DNA of 64,000 nucleotides from an uncultured bacterium (GTDB lineage Bacteria > Omnitrophota > Omnitrophia > Omnitrophales > Aquincolibacteriaceae): contig CAYPIR010000002.1 in NCBI GenBank assembly GCA_964410905.1, forward strand, positions 78,665-142,664, read 5' to 3'. Shown piece after piece: positions 60,701 through 64,000 of this stretch (position 1 is the stretch's first letter; every line of letters starts with the position of its first letter). Both the position numbers and the translations under genes were made by a program. Under the pieces are notes generated by a model, which saw only the letters and a program-made list of their open reading frames with translations, was not told where the DNA came from and did no database searches.

Positions 60701-61188
60701 TTTTATATTTCCTCTGTCTCGCTGTTTTGGACTCTACAGTAATGCCTGTTTGTCAAATCGGAGGAGCGTTTCCAAGACTTCTTTACCTATTTGTCTGTTA
60801 TTCCGCTTTTGAATGGCACGCGTCAAAAACAGTTTATGTCGCGTTTTGGGCGGGACTTTTGCGTGATATTATCTCAGGGAGTATACTCGGCGTAGACGCG
60901 TTTATTTTGTCATCTCTCGCGTTCGGTTTGAATTTTCTTGTCCAAAAAATGGAACGCGGTTTACCCGGTATTTATTTTTTAGTCGTGTTTATCTTTTCAT
61001 TCACAGCAGGATTTTTTGAACTGATTGCCGGTTTCATAGGCGGACTGCCTCTTGCCGGGTTAGGAACATTCACAGCTAAAATTTTCGGCACCGCACTTTA
61101 CACATCGGCGCTATTACCAATATTTAATAAAATGACTGCGTTTTTCTTAGGCAGAACCAACGTCAAACAATTTGAACTGTTCAAATAA
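60673..61188 (+). CDS. mreD: rod-shape determining protein MreD
   Basis: Small polytopic membrane protein in the canonical position. Confidence 0.55.
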   Translation: MPHIYSTRVILYFLCLAVLDSTVMPVCQIGGAFPRLLYLFVCYSAFEWHASKTVYVAFWAGLLRDIISGSILGVDAFILSSLAFGLNFLVQKMERGLPGIYFLVVFIFSFTAGFFELIAGFIGGLPLAGLGTFTAKIFGTALYTSALLPIFNKMTAFFLGRTNVKQFELFK

Positions 61189-62913
61189 ATGTTTACCCGT
61201 TTCGATTTTTTTAAATACTGCATTTTTTCGCTCCTCGTATGCCTTGGGTTTGGGCTCTTTTATACTCAAGTAATAAGAGGACAACGTTATAGAGAATTAA
61301 GCAAACGAAACTACGTCCGTTTAATTCCGATGGAAGCGTCGAGAGGTCGCGTTTTTGATAGCCAAAATCGCGCGATAGCCACAAACCGTGCCTCTTATAA
61401 TGTTGTGGCAATCCCCGAAGACGTAAAGCCTGAGGTGTATCCTCGTCTGGCAAAACTTCTCAATATGCCCGAACAAGAGATTCGTCACAGAATGAGCTCG
61501 CGGCGCGAATCTCCATTTTCTCCGGCAATAATTCGGGAAGATATAGAGTTGAAAAAAGCATTTGAAATTGAAGAACGCCGCCCCGAACTCCCCGGCGTGA
61601 GCATACAGGCGAGCGGTATCCGCTACTATCCATATGCGGATGTCGCATCGCATGTAATAGGGTATATTGGAACAATTACGCGTGAAGAATACGACACTTT
61701 GGATAGAGATAGATTTGGGCTGAATTCCAAAATCGGTCGAGCGGGAATAGAAAAAGCCCTTGACGAAAAATTGCGGGGTTGGCGAGGCGGCGAACAAATA
61801 GAAGTAGACGCGCGAGGTCAAATGATAAGGACAATTTCCGAACGTTCGCCAGAGCCGGGCTCAGATATCCATTTAACAATCGACCTTGAATTTCAGAAAA
61901 AAATCGCAGCAATGATTAAGGACGTTACCGCGAGTATTGCTGTTTTGGACTTAGAAACAGAAGGAATTTTAGCACTCGCGAGCTCACCTTCATACGATCC
62001 AAATATTTTTGTATCTCCATCTTCAAGCGAGCAGCGGTTGCAAGTTTTACGCGACCAAAACGCTCCAATGTTAGAACGCGGAACAAAAGCCGCTTATCCG
62101 CCGGGATCGATTTTTAAATTAGTAACCGCAATTGCCGCGCTTGATCTAAATAGAATCACGCCAAATACCCGGTTTCACTGTTCTGGTTCATTTAAATTAA
62201 ATCCAAAATCAAAACCAGCTCGCTGCTGGCTTCAAGAGGGGCATGGCAGCCTCAATCTTTATGAGGCAATCGAACGCTCATGCAATGTATATTTTTACAA
62301 TCTCGCCAAACGCTTAACGCCCGATGAAATTGCTCATTACGCTCATGAACTTGGATTGGGAGAGCCTCTAAAACTGGAAATCTCGCGAATGGCTCCCGGT
62401 TTAATTCCCGATTCGACTTGGAAAAAAACACGCTTCAAACAACCTTGGTATCAAGGCGAAACGCTGAACATGGCAATCGGACAAGGATATATGCTCGTAA
62501 CGCCATTTGAGATTTTGCGGTTGACATCAATAATCGCAAAAGGTGGGAAAGTCGTCGAGCCTCATTTAGTGTCAGAATCCTTAAAAGGCAGAGCTCTTTC
62601 ATCAAAGGTTGCTATAAAAGAAGAAAATTTAGACACGATAAAACGCGCTATGCTGCAAGTTGTAGAATCTGATTATGGGACAGGTCAACTCGCGCGCGTT
62701 GACTTTGACAAGCTGGCGGGAAAAACAGGCACAGCGCAAGCTCCACCCAAAAAAGCACATAGCTGGATGACGGGATTTTTCCCATACAAAAATCCCAAAA
62801 TTGCTTTTGTCGTATTTGTTGAACACGGCGGCTCAGGGGGTATTACCAGCGCATTAATTGTTAAACAAATTCTTGAATCATGGAGAAAAATCAATGCCTC
62901 GCCGGTTAGCTAA
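61189..62913 (+). CDS. mrdA: penicillin-binding protein 2 (peptidoglycan D,D-transpeptidase)
   Basis: Transpeptidase motifs SIFK (STFK-like), SCN, KTGT. Confidence 0.85.
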   Translation: MFTRFDFFKYCIFSLLVCLGFGLFYTQVIRGQRYRELSKRNYVRLIPMEASRGRVFDSQNRAIATNRASYNVVAIPEDVKPEVYPRLAKLLNMPEQEIRHRMSSRRESPFSPAIIREDIELKKAFEIEERRPELPGVSIQASGIRYYPYADVASHVIGYIGTITREEYDTLDRDRFGLNSKIGRAGIEKALDEKLRGWRGGEQIEVDARGQMIRTISERSPEPGSDIHLTIDLEFQKKIAAMIKDVTASIAVLDLETEGILALASSPSYDPNIFVSPSSSEQRLQVLRDQNAPMLERGTKAAYPPGSIFKLVTAIAALDLNRITPNTRFHCSGSFKLNPKSKPARCWLQEGHGSLNLYEAIERSCNVYFYNLAKRLTPDEIAHYAHELGLGEPLKLEISRMAPGLIPDSTWKKTRFKQPWYQGETLNMAIGQGYMLVTPFEILRLTSIIAKGGKVVEPHLVSESLKGRALSSKVAIKEENLDTIKRAMLQVVESDYGTGQLARVDFDKLAGKTGTAQAPPKKAHSWMTGFFPYKNPKIAFVVFVEHGGSGGITSALIVKQILESWRKINASPVS

Positions 62914-63976
62914 CGATTTTTTTCCGCCTCTTTTTTTCTCAATTCTCGCGCTTGTTTCAGTCGGGCTTATTTTTATATACAGCGCGGCATACCACGATGT
63001 CGGAGATTACGAGACAAAGCAAGTTTTTTGGTGCTGCGTTGGCGCATTGGTTTTAATAGCTGTTCCAAAGATTGGTTTTCGCACTTTCTTAAGCGTATCT
63101 TATCCCTTTTACGTATTTACAATTTTTTTGCTTCTTTTCGTTGAATTTTTTGGCAGCACCATCTTAGGCGCGCAGCGTTGGATAAGCGTTGGCTCGTTCG
63201 CTATACAGCCATCAGAATTTGCAAAGCTGGGAACACTTTTAGCCGTTGTTAATTTTTTAGGTTCGCATCATCCTTGGGAAGGACAGGTAAAAACCGTAAC
63301 AATTGCGACTATTATTCTGCTAATTCCGCTTCTCTTAATTATGGGACAACCCGACCTTGGAACAGCGCTTCTTTTTATACCCATGTCTGTTGTTATGCTT
63401 TTTTTATGGGGAGTCCGAAAACGATTTTTGATTATATGTTTCTCTCTGATAGCAATCGCCGCTCCTTTTGCTTACGGCTTTCTGAAAGCATATCAAAAGA
63501 AACGCTTACTTGTATTTTTGAACCCTGAACTTGACCCGTTGGGTTCTGGATATACGGCTCTTCAGTCTAAGATAGCGGTCGGTTCTGGAGGCTTGCTAGG
63601 CAAAGGATACTTGCAAGGGACTCAGACTCAACTTCATTTTGTTCCTGAACATCACACCGATTTCATTTTTTGTGTTATTGGAGAAGAATGGGGCTTCATG
63701 GGAAGTCTTTTGGTTTTGGGACTCTATGGCGTTTTGTTTTATTCGATGTTCCAAGTAATGCAGCGGACAACAGATGTTAAAGCTAAAATGTTGTGCGGCG
63801 GTGTTTTGGCGCTTATTTTTTCACACGTAATAATTAACGTTGGCATGACGATAGGGCTGATGCCTATAGCAGGCGTTCCGCTTCCGCTGATAAGCTACGG
63901 CGGATCCTCATTGTTAATGACCTGTATCAGTCTTGGTCTTGTTTTGAGTGTGTATAAAGAACGTTCCATTTTTTAA
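62894..63976 (+). CDS. rodA: SEDS-family peptidoglycan glycosyltransferase RodA
   Basis: FtsW/RodA/SpoVE family, 10 TM helices. The start may be 62858. Confidence 0.8.
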   Translation: MPRRLANDFFPPLFFSILALVSVGLIFIYSAAYHDVGDYETKQVFWCCVGALVLIAVPKIGFRTFLSVSYPFYVFTIFLLLFVEFFGSTILGAQRWISVGSFAIQPSEFAKLGTLLAVVNFLGSHHPWEGQVKTVTIATIILLIPLLLIMGQPDLGTALLFIPMSVVMLFLWGVRKRFLIICFSLIAIAAPFAYGFLKAYQKKRLLVFLNPELDPLGSGYTALQSKIAVGSGGLLGKGYLQGTQTQLHFVPEHHTDFIFCVIGEEWGFMGSLLVLGLYGVLFYSMFQVMQRTTDVKAKMLCGGVLALIFSHVIINVGMTIGLMPIAGVPLPLISYGGSSLLMTCISLGLVLSVYKERSIF

Positions 63977-64000
63977 AAAACATTTTTATTAATGTTAAAA

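Noticed and set aside
61321-61821. 166-aa minus-strand ORF
   Set aside because: Antisense to PBP2 (mrdA).

Overview
The window is a 64 kb stretch of ~40% GC bacterial chromosome in which every gene except rpsT sits on the + strand. The housekeeping content is dense: holA (partial), murJ, uvrC, metH, aroQ-accBC-asp23, heptose biosynthesis (gmhA, a stand-alone heptose adenylyltransferase, a pfkB kinase), thiE, anaerobic class III RNR (nrdD/nrdG), cspA, single-chain pyruvate:ferredoxin oxidoreductase plus ADP-forming acetyl-CoA synthetase, smc, pgsA, plsY, recA-recX-alaS, a fused his-trp supraoperon, a sigma-54 two-component pair, and mreBCD-mrdA-rodA. PFOR/ACD, class III RNR and LPS-heptose enzymes together suggest an anaerobic, fermentative, diderm organism; this is inference only.

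The standout feature is a single 9.9 kb ORF (4022..13924) encoding a 3300-aa protein wedged between uvrC and metH. It has an N-terminal signal peptide or anchor and four recognisable modules embedded in long low-complexity E/K-rich helical sequence. These are a TraB/GumN/TIKI-like domain, an HPr-like phosphocarrier domain that keeps the active-site His, a GT2 glycosyltransferase domain, and a protein-kinase-like (APH/choline-kinase-type) domain with an unusual H-N-M in place of H-N-D. I could not recognise anything in its C-terminal ~1400 aa.

Other points of interest:
- nrdD appears split: the 684-aa body ends after the Zn ribbon, and the glycyl-radical motif (RVMGY) is on a separate 58-aa ORF with its own strong RBS.
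- A compositionally distinct ~1.3 kb non-coding scar (28.7-30.0 kb) carries a 14-C homopolymer and a frameshifted IS630-like transposase remnant.
- Two unrelated genes (a membrane protein and an M15 peptidase lipoprotein) sit inside the his operon.
- hisI overlaps trpE (ATGA), which fuses his and trp into one unit that lacks trpBA.

No tRNA, rRNA or CRISPR was found.
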